Positions 1 to 12,652 of a stretch of 64,000 nucleotides of DNA are shown one piece after another. The notes beneath the pieces are model-generated. The model saw nothing but the letters and a program-made list of their open reading frames with translations, searched no databases and was not told where the DNA came from. The stretch comes from Heptranchias perlo. Its lineage: Eukaryota. Location: positions 11,408,001 to 11,472,000 of the forward strand of contig NC_090351.1 of NCBI RefSeq assembly GCF_035084215.1, in the 5' to 3' direction. The position numbers and the translations under genes are program-made. Every line of letters begins with the position of its first letter. The stretch's first letter is position 1.

Positions 1-18
1 TTTGTTACACAACAACAC

Positions 19-112
19 CTGATCGAACAATGCTGCATTTATTCATTATCAGCCTACATTTGAATTTTCTTTATGTATCATGGCTGTTCTGGAGTGCCTC
101 TAAGACTGGTAC
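19..112 (-). pseudogene. Catalase pseudogene, probable exon-10 remnant
   Basis: atttccag|GT ACC... reads GTSLRGTPEQP*..., compared with CAT ...SFGAPEQQP. It ends at gatcag|gt, is heavily degraded, and is in the expected position and phase. Confidence 0.5.
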
Positions 113-264
113 CTGGAAATGTCCTGCTTTGTTTAGGTCTTAATATCTCTTGTTTTAATTTGTGCTGAAATTAAGAATGAAGACCACTGTCCATTCCAGC
201 AGTAATGAATGAGGCAGGAATAAACAAAGTGAACAGGACACGGGGTTATGTTGCCATATCAGTT

Positions 265-690
265 GAATTTGTTACCTCCAGACTCGACTATTCCAATGCT
301 CTCCTGGCCGGCCTCCCATCTTTCACCGTCTATAATCTTGAGCTCATCCAAAACTCTTCTGTCCGTATCCTAACTCACACCAAGTCCCGTTCACCCATCA
401 CCCCTGTACTCGCTGACCTACATTGGCTCCCAGTTCGGGAATGCCTCAATTTTAAAATTCTCAACCTTGTTTTCAAATCTCACCATGGCCTCAACCCTCC
501 CTGTCTCTGTAACCTCCTCCAGCCCTACAACCCTCTGAGATCTTTGCACTCCTCCAATTATGGCCTCTTGCGTATCCCCAATTTTCACTGGCTCCACCTG
601 TGGTGGCCATGCCTTCAGCTGTCTGAATCCTAAGCTCTAGAATTCCCTCCCTACACCTCTCCGCCTCTTTATCGCTCTCTCCTCCTTTGT
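265..690 (+). mobile_element. L2 LINE 3' fragment
   Basis: ORF 205..633 contains [15 protein letters not shown]...[13 protein letters not shown], typical of the L2 ORF2 C-terminus. Confidence 0.85.
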
Positions 691-1132
691 TGTTGTTGTT
701 GAGTTGGAATCCCCAGGAGTCATGCTGAAACTGTACAGTGCTCTGTTCAGGCTGGACCTGGAACACTGTACAGGTCTGGTCACGACACAACATAAAAGTC
801 TACCAGATTCCAGAAACAATGCAGAGAACAGCAGCCAGGCTGATAGGCTATGAGGAATAAACTAATAACGTGGTGCTCTTTAGCTTTGAAAAAGAGGTAT
901 CTCAGAGCTGACATTAAAAACTATATGATATTTAACAGGATGGCAAACACACACCTGAAACAATACTTTTAGCAGGGCACAGGATTTTGAAGCGAAATTT
1001 AGGACAGATGTCAGCAAGAATTCCTTCACATGGATGGTGATTAACATCTGGAATTAATTGGCAAGAAAGGTGGTTGAGGCCAGGACTATAGGTTCAGTTA
1101 AGAAACAGCTGGATGCTGTAATGCACCATTGG

Positions 1133-1339
1133 CTAAGCCAGTTGTGTGCCAGGTACCCTCAGTTTGTGCCCATTGCACTTGAGGGAGCAAAGATGGCCGT
1201 ACTGGGGGATGATGGGGTAGGAGACAGTGAAGATTTTGCTGGAAATTAGGCCATCGAAAGGAGAAGTGTGCAAGTGGTTGAGGAAATCAACAGCTGCAAT
1301 GGGCATAAACTGAGGGTACCTGGTACACAACTGGCTTAG
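1133..1339. repeat. 45-bp inverted repeat (1133-1177 / 1295-1339) flanking an inverted L2 segment
   Basis: ctaagccagttgtgtgccaggtaccctcagtttgtgcccattgca versus its reverse complement, with 2 mismatches. Confidence 0.9.
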
Positions 1340-2640
1340 TCATCCCTCACCAGAGCTGGCTTTCCACATCAAGCTCTACTGAGCCTTGTTCTCCTCTGAC
1401 AAAAGCAGCCACTACCCTCAGATCATCCTGGAGGACATAGATGATCCCAGGCTCCTTTTCTCTACTATTCACCGCCTCCTTAAATCCCTCTCCCCTCCAC
1501 TCTCATCTCTAACAACAAATGTGAGAAGTCATTGATTTCATTGTCTCCAAGATAGAGGCCATCCATTCAGCTGCCTCCACTGTTTTTCCCCCTTCCCCTT
1601 GCCCACGAAGCAAATCTCCATCTCCCTCCCATTCTAGCCCTGAACCTCCGTCCCTCTCTTGTATCTTCCTCACGCTCATCTTGACCTATCTTTTAAGTCT
1701 TTGACCCTATTCCAACTAAACTCCTGACCACCTAGCTTTCCTTCCTAGCCCCCATGCTAGTGACACTGTAAATGGTTCCCTCTCCTCGAGCAATGTCTTC
1801 CTCCCTTTCAAAACTGCCATCATCACCCGCTCCTCAAAAGACCCACCCTGTACCCTTCTGGCCACACTAACCTCCATATCATCTCTAACTTCCCTGCACT
1901 CTTAAGGTCCTTGAATATATTGTCACCTCCCAGATCCGTGCCCATGTCTCTCGGAAGTCCCTGTTTGAATCCCTCTAATTAGGTTTCCACCTCTCTCCCA
2001 CAGCACTGAAAACAGTCCTAACCTTACTCACAAATGACATTCTCTGTGACTGTGACACATTACCTCTCCTCTTCTTCCTTGACCTCGCTGCAAACATCCT
2101 CCCCAATGCCTCTCCTCCATTCTCGGGCTCTGTGGGACTGCCTTCACTTGGTTCCACTCTTAGCTATCCAGTTATAGTTAGAACATCTCTGGATATGGCT
2201 TCTCTTCACCCCGCCTCCGCCTCCCGGCGCCACCCCCTGCACCATCCCTCCAGAGTCCCCCAAGGATCTATCCTTGGACCCTTCCTCTTCCTCACCTACA
2301 TGCTGCCCCATGGTGGCATCGTTGCAAACATGGGGTCAGCTTCCACATGTATGCTGATACACCCAGCCCTACCTCTCCACCATCTCTCTCGCCCCCTCCA
2401 TGTGTCTGAATGCATTCAAAGTGCCTATCCAGCATCCTTGGATGAGCTCTAACTTCTGGCAGCTAAACATTGGGCAGACTGAAGCCATTGTCTTCAGCCC
2501 ATGTCACAATCCTCTTCACCAACTTTGTCTCCTCCCTGTACACTGTTTCAGGCTGAACCAGTCTCTGCACAGGCTTCATGTTCTGTCCCACCCATGCTAA
2601 GCTTCCAATCCAACATCCTCCCCATCACAAAGACCCCTTA
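1295..2640 (+). mobile_element. Degenerate L2 LINE reverse-transcriptase region
   Basis: Remnant RT motifs VPQGSILGPFLF, Y(A)D-TQLY-like and LQLNIGQTEAIVF. Confidence 0.8.
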
Positions 2641-2921
2641 CTTTTTCAGCAACAGAGCTACTTTATATATGCAAGTTGATGTTGCAATTAGAGACATACA
2701 GATCATGCAATGATGGGTACTGTGGCACTATCAGTGCTGGTTATAGACACATTCATTGATGGTGCACTGCAGTGGAAGCTGTGGCACTGATATCAGTACT
2801 GGTTATAGACACACTTATTGACAGGGGCACTGCAGTGGGAGTTGGCAAAGGGAAAGAATTTGTTGTGCAGCTATGGATCTAAACTCAACGTATAATCTAA
2901 TGCTGCTTATTCACTGCATAC

Positions 2922-3046
2922 CTTGGTTGAACATGCACATTGCTCCATCATGCTCATAGTTGGCCACCTTGGGCAGTTGAAAGAGATGTGTAGGTAGTTT
3001 GGCTCAGGCAATGACAGTGAGTATCTGGGTAAGCAAACAGGCAGGC
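2922..3046 (-). pseudogene. Catalase pseudogene, exon-9 equivalent (proximal heme-ligand region)
   Basis: ctctttcactag|[14 protein letters not shown] [-1] PNYLHISFNC [10-nt deletion] KVANYEHDGAMCMFNQ G|gtatgc versus [47 protein letters not shown]. Phase-1 donor as in CAT. Confidence 0.94.
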
Positions 3047-3183
3047 CTAGTGAAAGAGAGAAGAATTGTTCTTTACAGCAGGAATGATCTTTGCATTACA
3101 TGAAACTGAGCTTATCAAGCAATGGTATGAATTACTATTAATGCTTTAGGCCCATCCAAAATTTTTGCTCTAAATATACAGAA

Positions 3184-4162
3184 GGTTGCTGAGGGAAGTA
3201 AGGGTGGAAATAGCAGAGACTCTGGCCACAATCTTTCAATCCTCCTTGGATATGGGAGTGGTACCAGAGACTGGAGGGTTACAAATGATCAAAAAGGGGA
3301 AGAGAGATAAACCCAGTAACTATAGGCCAGTCAGCTTAACGTCAGTGGTGGGGAAACTTCTAGAGACCATAATCCGGGACAAAATGAATTGTCACTTGTA
3401 AGAAAATGGGTTAATAAATGAAAGCCAGCACGGATTTGTTAAAGGCAAATTGTGTCTGACAAACTTGATTGAGATCTTTGATGAAGTAACAGAGAGGGTT
3501 GATGAAGGTAGTGGAGTTGATGCTGTGCATATGGACTTTCAGAAGACATTCGATAAAGTGCCTCATAATAAGCTGGTTAGCAAAATCGAAGCCCATGGGA
3601 TTAAAGGGGCAGTGGCAACATGGTTACAAAATTGGCTAAGAGACAGAGAGCAGGGAGTAGCGATGAACGATTGTTTATTAGACCAGAGGAAAGTATACAG
3701 TGTTATCCCCCAGGGATCAGTATTAGGGCCTCAGCTCTTTTTGATACATATTAATGACCTGGACTTGAGTATACATGGCATAATCCCAAAGTTTGCTGAT
3801 GACACAAAACTTAGAAATGTAGTAAACAGTGAGGAGGATAGTAACAGACTTCAGGAGGACATAGATAGACTGGTGAAATGGGCAGACACATGGCAGATGA
3901 AATTTAGTACAGAGGAGTGTGAAGTGATGCATTTTGGAAGGAACAATGAGGAAAGGCAATATAAACTAAATGGTACAATTTTAAAGAGGGTGTAGGAACA
4001 GAGAGACCTGGGGGGGGGGGAGGGTCACATACACAAGTCTTTGAAGATGGCAGGACAAGTTAAAAAATCATGTGGGATCCTGGGCTTTATAAATAGAGGC
4101 ATAGAGTACAAAAGCAAGGTACTAAATATTTTAAAACACTGGTTAGGCCTCAGTTGGAATAT
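3184..4162 (+). mobile_element. CR1 LINE ORF2 RT region (5' part of an interrupted copy)
   Basis: [33 protein letters not shown] and KFADDTKL motifs, with stops and frameshifts. Confidence 0.93.
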
Positions 4163-4985
4163 AGGGGGGTATTTTAATCTACCCCCCCCCCCCCCCGCCA
4201 CAAGGGGCAGGAGAGGGTTGGGAGGAAGGGGTTAAATTGGTAAATATGTGAAAGTTGACCCCCTACCCGCCACAAACACGCCTACTTCCGGTTTAACAGC
4301 AGCGGGTTTGGGGGTGGCCAAGTAAACCCGCTCTGGAGAGGCAGGCACATTGTTATATTTTGTTAATGAGGCTCTGTTCCTCAGATTTAGGGAGATGTTT
4401 AAGTTTAATGGCTGTGGGCCGGGATTTTCCAGGGCTCGGGAAACCATGCAGCTGAAGGGAGGCGAGAACGGCCGGTTCCAGCAGGTCTGTGCTTTTTAGA
4501 GAATTGCTTGCGGGCCAGGAGGAGCAGGAATTCTTCCCCCCAGCCCCTCAGGCAAATTTTCTGCCATGATCTGCCCACCCCCCCATCCACTGCGATCTGC
4601 CAACCCCCCTGTGATTTCCACCCCCCCACAATCTGCCGACCCCCCCTGTGATCTGCCCCCCTCCCCGCGATCTGCCCAGCCCTCCCCGCGATCTGCCTCC
4701 CTCCCAACGATCACCCGAACCACGTTCCCCCCCCCACACCACACCACCCCCCCGCCCATTATGCCCCGATCTTACCCTCCCTCCTTCCTCGCTCCCGGCC
4801 TTCTACCACAGGCTTTCCCGCCCGGCAGCTAGCCAGCTGGCCTTTCATTCTGGCCGGCTGCCGGGCAGGAAACGGAGTAAAAAATGATAATGAGATCCTG
4901 CTGTTAAATTCGGCAGGACCTCCGCCTTTCCGGAATTTCCAGGTTTCCCAGCCACGAGCTTTGTCCCCTTCACCGTCAGGTCGGA
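4163..4985. mobile_element. GC-rich non-autonomous DNA transposon (Harbinger-like MITE), right end lost
   Basis: Begins GGGGGGTATTTTAA, resembling the termini of the Harbinger at 14601. Contains short internal gatctgcccc tandem repeats and interrupts the CR1. Confidence 0.55.
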
Positions 4986-4986
4986 T

Positions 4987-6224
4987 TACCTGAAGGTGCT
5001 GGGGATCTGGTTCGGGGGAGCCAGGGTGTGCACCAAAAACTGGAAGGAGCTTATTTCCAAGGTGAAGCAGAAACTGGGACTGTGAGATCGACGATCCCTC
5101 TCAATCGTGGGCAAAAACCTGGTCATCAGGTGCGAGGTACTCTCGGTGTTGCTGTATTTGGCACGGTCTGGCCCATACCTCACTCCTACGCCGTGACAGT
5201 CACCCGAGCCATCTTCCGCTTTATCTGGAGATCAAAAATGGACCGTGTCCGCAGGGACACGATGTACAAATCTCTGGAGAAAGGGGGGAAAGGCTTGCCC
5301 AACGTGGCCCTCATCCTGTGCGGCTGCATCAAGCTTTGCGTGGACCCTTGGTACACAAACACAAAATGTCACTACGTGCTGAGGTTCTACCTATCCCCGG
5401 TGTTGCGAAGGATGGATCTGGCCACGCTGCCACGGAACACTCCGTCCAGTTGGACCGTTCCGCCCCACCTGTCCTTCGTCAAAATGTTCACACAAAAAAA
5501 CACCTTTGACCACAAAGCGATCAGTAAGTGGTCCGCACGTAACGTCCTCGAGACCCTGCGGGAAAAGGAGACGATGGATCCTGTCGGTTGGTTCCCCGAG
5601 CAGACCGTCAATGTCATTTGGCAGAATGCCTCATCGCCAGAACTTTCAAACAAGCACCAAGACATAGCTTGGCTGGTGGTGAGAAGGGCCCTTCCTGTCA
5701 GATCCTTCATGCACTCCTGGACTCTCAGCGCCACCGCACGGTGTCCCCGAGGAGGCTGCGGTGCAGATGAAACCGTCACCCATCTCCTTCTGGAATGCGC
5801 CTTTGCAAGGAAGGTCTGGAGAGAGATGCAGTGGTATCTGTCCAGGTTCGTCCCGAGCAGTTCCGTAACACAGGACTCTGTGCTCTACGGGCTGTTCCCA
5901 GGTACACACACCGAGAAGGACATCAACTGCTGCTGGAAGACCATCAACTCAGTGAAAGACGCCCTTTGGTCTGCCCGAAACCTGCTGGTCTTCCAGTGCA
6001 CGGAGCTGTCCTCGACCGAGTGTTGCAGACTGGCACATTCCAAGGTCCAGGACTACGTGCTCAGGGACATACTGAAGCTAGGTGTGGCCGCCGCAAAGGC
6101 TCTGTGGGGAAAGGCAACCATTTAGAGCCTTCCCGCCATTGTATACCGAGGGGCTGCAATCAGGGAAACTGTATTGTATGTTTTGCTGCAAATTTTATGA
6201 ATAAAGTATTTTTTTGAAAAAAAA
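4987..6224 (+). mobile_element. Tx1/L1-clade LINE, 5'-truncated
   Basis: ORF 5028..6125 has FRFIW...GGKGLPN and a zinc knuckle CPRGGCGADETVTHLLLEC. It ends in AATAAA plus an A-tail. Confidence 0.9.
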
Positions 6225-6652
6225 GGACTGGAGAAGCTGGGATTGTTCTCCTTAGAGCAGAGAAGATCAAGGGGAGATTTAATAGAGGCGTTCAAAATTA
6301 TGAAGGGTTTTGATAGAGTAAATAAGGAGAAACTGTTTCCACTAGCAGATGGGTCAGTAACCAGAGAACACGGATTTAAGATAATTGGCAAAAGAACCAG
6401 GGGAGAGATGAGGAGAAATGTTTTTATGCAGCGAGTTGTTATGATCTGGAATGCACTGCCTGAAAGGGTGGTGGAAGCAGATTCAATAGTAACTTTCAAA
6501 AGGGAATTGGATAAATACTTAAAAAGGAAAAAATTACAGGGCTATGGGGAAGAAGTGAGGGAGTGGGACTAATTGCATAGCTCTTTCAAAGAGCCAGCAC
6601 AGGCACAATGGGCCAAATGGCCTCCTTCTGTGCTGAATGATTCTATTATTCT
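6225..6652 (+). mobile_element. CR1 3' end (continuation of 3184-4162)
   Basis: LFSLEQRRSRGDLIEAFKIMKG...WNALP followed by a gattctat-type tail. Confidence 0.9.
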
Positions 6653-7645
6653 AAGGAGGGGCAATAGTTTCAGTGTTAAATATGGAATTTATCTTAATGT
6701 TGAGGAGACTGAATTACTTATGAGATTCACAGGCACAAGTCAGCTTGTAGTCACCATTTTGGGATGAATATGAACTCAACTGAATGGTGGTGGATATTGC
6801 AGAGCATAAAGAACAACCTGCATTTCTATAGTTTTTCTCACATAAAGGAAGATGTCTTAAAGTGCTTTTCATCAAGGAGGAGAAACAATGGACACCAAAC
6901 AGAGGGAAAAAGGGAAAATGAAGAAGGCTAGGATGGGTGACTGAAGGCACAGTCAAAGAGAAAGTAAGGAGGCAGGGGTAAGGCAAAGGGGACTACATAG
7001 AAATTCTAGAGGACAGGAATATAGTGGCTGAATAAACAGTCAGTTTCAGAGGACCAGAGGGCGCATGGCGGACATGATGCTGGAGGAGACGATTAATATA
7101 GGATGGGGGGGGGCAAATCCATGGAGGAATTTGAGAGCAAGAAAGCAATGCTTCTTCATTTGTTGGAATAGAAAGATAATGATCTGGGAAGCAGTCTTGG
7201 ATGCCTAATTCTGTTCCCACGTTCCTATGAAAAAGCATTACCTTTATCCCAGTCTATCTTGGGATAAGTAAAATCATTCATTATTGCCTTGTTGTTCTTA
7301 CATTTCTCTCTGAATTGTCTACAAACTTCCCCCTTTTATCTTATCTCCACTGTTTGGTGGTCTGTTATACACACTGAGAATTGAACCATTTCCCTTCATA
7401 TTCCTTCATATACATTCTACCTTAGATTGAACCTAGAATTTTCCTGGTGTATAGGACTCAGTACCACACCAGGCAGTGAATTTACCCACTGAGTCCTTTT
7501 TTTTAAAGATAGGATCCAACTGTCAATTATCAAACAGATTGAGGCCGAGGGGGCCCTTATGCATTTTTGTCACTAACGATTTGATTCAAAGCAATTCCTA
7601 TTTGCAATATAAGAAAACTTATACAACTTATAAACTTGTACAACC

Positions 7646-7908
7646 AAAGGTGACATGAGGAAAAACTTTTTTACACAGCGAGTGGTTGGGATCTGGAATG
7701 CACTGCCTGAGGGGGTGGTGGAGGCAGATTCAAACATGGCCTTCAAAGGGGAACTGGATACGTACTTGAAAGGAAAAAATCTGCAGGGCTACAGGGATAG
7801 GGCCGGGGAGTGGGACTAGCTGGATTGCTCTTGCATAGAGCCGGCGCAGACTCGATGGGCCGAATGGCCTCCTTCCGTGCTGTAACCTTTCTATGATTCT
7901 ACGATTCT
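7646..7908 (+). mobile_element. CR1 3' fragment
   Basis: CR1 3' end sequence with a ctatgattct tail. Confidence 0.85.
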
Positions 7909-7912
7909 TAGC

Positions 7913-8002
7913 AGTTCTGACTAAAGATCATTGACCTGAAACGTTAAATCCACAGATGCTGCCTGACTTGCTGGGTATTTCCAGCATTTTCTGTTTTTAT
8001 TT
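7913..8002 (+). mobile_element. Penelope-like repeat fragment with degenerate hammerhead motif
   Basis: agttCTGActaaagatcattgacctGAAAcgttaa...cacagatgctgcctgacttgctgggtatttccagc. Related copies occur elsewhere in the window. Confidence 0.6.
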
Positions 8003-8060
8003 TAAAGTTATGCAACTATTTGGCACTATATGTTGACTGTAAGCAAAGGAATGGAATTAC

Positions 8061-8193
8061 CTGAAGTAGTCTGTCAGGACTGCCTCAATACCAAGTAGCA
8101 AGTTCAATGGTTCAAACACCATCTGCTCAACCTCTGTAAAATATTTGACTGGATTGGAACGGGAAGGAGTGGAAATTCACCACGTGGCCACAG
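8061..8193 (-). pseudogene. Catalase pseudogene, exon-8 equivalent
   Basis: ggcccag|LWPRGEFPLLPV [19-nt deletion] NPVKYFTEVEQMVFEPLNLLLGIEA [-1 frameshift] PDRLLQ|gtaatt versus [51 protein letters not shown]. Confidence 0.93.
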
Positions 8194-9840
8194 CTGGGCC
8201 AGAGACATGGTTGAAAGTGGTCAATCACACGGACACCACGTTTGTTAGCTCTGGACTAAACCATTCAAGAGAAGAAGACAAGTCACAATGAAACAGAAGT
8301 GATATATCTGTTAATCACAGAGGGGCAAATTTTCTTCATTAGTGCTTGGGTGTAAAGCATCACATGAGTGAAGCACATAGAGGCAAAGTCAGACATGAAG
8401 GATCACACACCCGTAACACAACCAGCCTGATTTTACGGCTGTTTAAATTAATGGATGGAGAACTGGCAAGCTGCATTACAGGTGTGAGATCCTCCACGCT
8501 CTATCTGTGCAACGCTTTACACCCAAGCACTAATAAGGAGGGAAATCTACTCCAGTATGACCAGAGAATTCCAGCCCTGTTAACCTGCCTGGTGTAATCT
8601 AGGTCTTTCTTCATAGTTTGGTAAAAACACAAAATACAAAATACTTGACCCATCACATGCAAGGAGAAAATGGCGGCAGTGACCCAAAATAAAAAAAATT
8701 CAAAGGAAAAATTCAGATGTAGTAAGTTGAGTGCTTTGAATTCAAAGCATAATTTAGTGATAGGGCTTCAGGCTGTCACCTCATTGTTTCTTGGCTTTAT
8801 TTTCAAACCAAGATTGATTGCACCATGTCTGACTGTAACTTATGGCTTCCCAGTACCTCATGCTGTGGAATTCCTTACCTTCCTCACTCTTCTCTTCCTT
8901 CTACAATTTACAAGCTTGTAAAACTCATGCTTGGCATCTCCTCACCTTTTGACTCGTTATGTCTTCCCTCTTACTCAGTTTAACTTTGCTGGTATCGTGC
9001 ACTATGAGCCTTGGCCCTTCACATTTCACCTGAGGTTCAAAAGACGACGACAGAGTGAGGAATCAGTTACTAGAGTGCACAGGCCAAAATTAGGCATGGT
9101 ATCTGTGGTAATGACGTTGTTTGCGGCTGCTTGGCTTCAAACAGTGAGGTAGCATATGTTTGAACAACTAGTACAAACTGGCTCTTAGCCACAGAAAGGG
9201 CCCCACAGTGTTATTGTGAAACAGAGATAAAGGACACACAGAGTAGAAAAGAAATCTACAGAATCTGTTGTAAATAGGGGCAGTATCACACATCTGCTGC
9301 ATTGTTTTAGAAGCAGGTGAGGTTGGAACACATCAATGTTAAAAAGAAAGAAGCAAATATTATGCAAATATTTCTAGGGCTGAGCTCCAATCTCCACTGG
9401 GAGATAACCCTAATGTGCTTTTATACTGGAGGAGTGCAACTGCCTGCAGAATGGTGATTCTCCCACCATGGGCTGCACTCCTGATGGACCTGCAGGGAAC
9501 CAATGGCATCATCTACCAGCATACATAACGACACAGAAAGCGAGGAAAAAACTGGCACTGCCTCAAAACAATTGATACCGACCACAAAAACAGCCCTGAA
9601 TACAGGCCTCTGACGTGTAGTTACACTGAAAGTGCTGTGGAACATGGATTTGTCCGAATTTAAGCTGCGGGTATATCCAACATTCTATCACTTGTATAGT
9701 TGACGATTGTGGCAAAAATAACGCAGATTATCCCTCATTTCTTGCAGAGATATTGTGAGTTATTGTCGATATGTGTTAGTACTGGTACTTAGTCTGATAT
9801 GTAAATTGTTTTAAAATTGTTAATACGACTGTCACAGCAG

Positions 9841-12072
9841 CATGGAGACACCCTCCTCCACCGTCCCTCCCCAAAGCATGGAGACACTCTCCTCCACCGC
9901 CCCTCCCCCAGCACATGTAGACACTCTCCTACACCGCCCCTCCCCGAGCCCATGGAGACACTCTCCTCCACCGCCCCTTCCCCAGCCCATGGAGACACTC
10001 TCCTCCACCGCCCCTCCCCGAGCCCATGGAGACACCCTCCTCCACCGCCCCTCCCCAAAGCATGGAGACACCCTCCTCCACCGTCCCTCCACAAAGCATG
10101 GAGACACCCTCCTCCACCACCCCTCCCCCAGCCCATTGAGACACCCTTCTCCATCGCCCCTCCCCAAAGCACGGGGACCATCTCCTCCACCGCACCCCAC
10201 CCTCAACACATGGAGACACCCTTCTCCACCGCCCCTTCCCAAAGCATGGAGACACCCTCCTCCACCACCCCACCCCCAGCCCATGGAGACACCCTCTTCC
10301 ACCGCCCCTCCCCCAGCACATGGAGACACCCTCCTCCACCGCCCCTCCCCCAGCAAATGGAGACACCCTCCTCCACCGCCCCTCCCCAGCCCATGGAGAC
10401 ACCTTCCTCCACCGCCCCTCCCCAAAGCATGGAGACACCCTCCTCCACCGCCCCTCCCCAAAGCATGGAGACCATCTCCTCCACCGCACCCCCCCCACAA
10501 CACATGGAGACACCCTCCGCCAACACCCCTCCCCCAGCCCATTGAGACACCCTCCTCCACCGCCCCTCCCCAAAGCATGGAGACACTCTCCTCCACCACT
10601 CCTCCCCAGCCCATGGAGACACTCTCCTCCACCACCCCTCCCCAGCCCATGGAGACACCCTCCTCCACCACCCCTCCCCAGCCCATGGAGACACTCTCCT
10701 CTGCCACCCCTCCCCCAGCAGATGGAGACACTCTCCTCCACCGCCCCTCCCCCAGCAGATGGAGACACTCTCCTCCACCGCCCCTCCCCCAGCAGATGGA
10801 GACACTCTCCTCCACCGCCCCTCCCCAGCCCATGGAGACACTCTCCTCCACAACCCCTCCCCAGCCCATGGAGACACTCTCCTCCACCGCCCCTCCCCAG
10901 CCCATGGAGACACTCTCCTCCACAACCCCTCCCCAGCCCATGGAGACACTCTCCTCCACCGCCCCTCCCCCAGCCCATGGAGACACTCTCCTCCACCGCC
11001 CCTCCCCAGCCCATGGAGACACTCTCCTCCACCGCCCCTCCCCCAGCAGATGGAGACACTCTCCTCCACCACCCCTCCCCAGCCCATGGAGACACTCTCT
11101 TCCACCGCCCCTCCCCAAAGCATGGGGACACTCTCCTCCACCGACCCTCCCCCAGCACATGGAGACACTCTCCTCCACGACCCCTCCCCAGCTCATGGAG
11201 AGACTCTCCTCCACCGCCTCTCCCCAAAGCATGGAGACACCCTCCTCCACCGCTCCTCCCCAAAGCATGGACACACTCTCCTCCACCACCCCTCCCCAGC
11301 CCATGGAGACACTCTCCTCCACCGCCCCTCCCCAGCTCATGGAGACACCCTCCTCCACCGCCCCTCTCCAAAGCATGGAGACACCCTCCTCCACCATCCC
11401 TCCCCCAGCCCATGGAGACACTCTCCTCCACCACCCCTCCCCAGCCCATGGAGACACTCTCCTCCACCGCCCCTCCCCAGCTCATGGAGACACCCTCCTC
11501 CACCGCCCCTCTCCAAAGCATGGAGACACTCTCCTCCACCGACCCTCCCCCAGCCCATGGAGACACTCTCCTCCACCGCCCCTCCCCAGCTCATGGAGAC
11601 ACCCTCCTCCACCGCCCCTCTCCAAAGCATGGAGACACCCTCCTCCACCACCCCTCCCCCAGCCCAATGAGACACTCTCCTCCACCGCCCCTCCCCAGCC
11701 CATGGAGACACTCTCCTCCACCGCCCCTCCCCAGCCCATGGAGACACTCTCCTCCACCACCCTTCCCCAGCCCATGGAGACACTCTCCTCCACCGCCCCT
11801 CCCCAGCCCATGGCGACACTCTCCTCCACCGCCCCTCCCCAGCCCATGGAGACACTCTCCTCCACCGCCCCTCCCCAGCCCATGGAGACACTCTCCTCCA
11901 CCACCCTTCCCCAGCCCATGGAGACACTCTCCTCCACCGCCCCTCCCCCAACCCATGGAGACACTCTCCTCCACCGCCCCTCCCCCAGCCCATGGAGACA
12001 CTCTCCTCCACCACCCCTCCCCAGCCCATGGAGACACTCTCCTCCACTGCCCCTCCCCAGCCCATGGAGACA
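9841..12072. repeat. C-rich minisatellite, 36-37-bp unit, about 60 copies
   Basis: Unit catggagacactctcctccaccgcccctccccagcc. It generates repetitive ORFs (METLSSTAPPQP) in multiple frames. Confidence 0.97.
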
Positions 12073-12652
12073 TTTATCTTCTCCCCAGTTCATGCTGGCA
12101 CTGTTCTCCCTTCCCCCAGTTCATCCACGAATGTGGATAAGGGGACACTGACCCCAAAACACCGATGGTCCACATGAAACCTAGACGGATGGCACGTATG
12201 GACACATAAAAAAGTGTGCCTGGGAATCCGCCATCAGGTTAAGGCCTCCTGTCACAAGCTAAACACAGGAGCCAGTCCCATGAATTTGCACTCTGGGACT
12301 CCATATTACAGTAAAGTCTAGCATGTTATCAGAGGCTAGTACCCAATGCCAAATGTTATCTGGCGAGCGCAGTGCAGGTGGAGATCGCTTTCTCTAGGGC
12401 AGGAGCTATAAAAGTCAGTAAAGTACAAACTATCAAATGTTTCTAAGTGCGAGGTAAATTTTTGTGAAAAGAATATTCTTCCAAACTGACTGGTTAGATT
12501 GCATTTTCCCAAACATTCAATAAATTCATGATATTCAACTATTTGGGTACAGGGTATTTTAAACCCTGAACTAGCAATTGTATCAAGTCAAACCATGCAC
12601 AAGATGCCCAAGCTTCGTGAAATATCACGTAACACTGGCCAATATTTTTTAC

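Noticed and set aside
2721-2842. Two diverged ~60-bp direct repeats
   Set aside because: Simple local tandem duplication with no further structure.
6715-6835. Weak resemblance to catalase exon 9 (RLF...HHH)
   Set aside because: A far better exon-9 match with proper splice sites exists at 2922-3046.
9789-12177. Long Pro/Ser/Thr- or Gly-rich ORFs (up to 769 aa)
   Set aside because: Open in multiple frames on both strands because of a nearly stop-free minisatellite unit; no splice or domain support.
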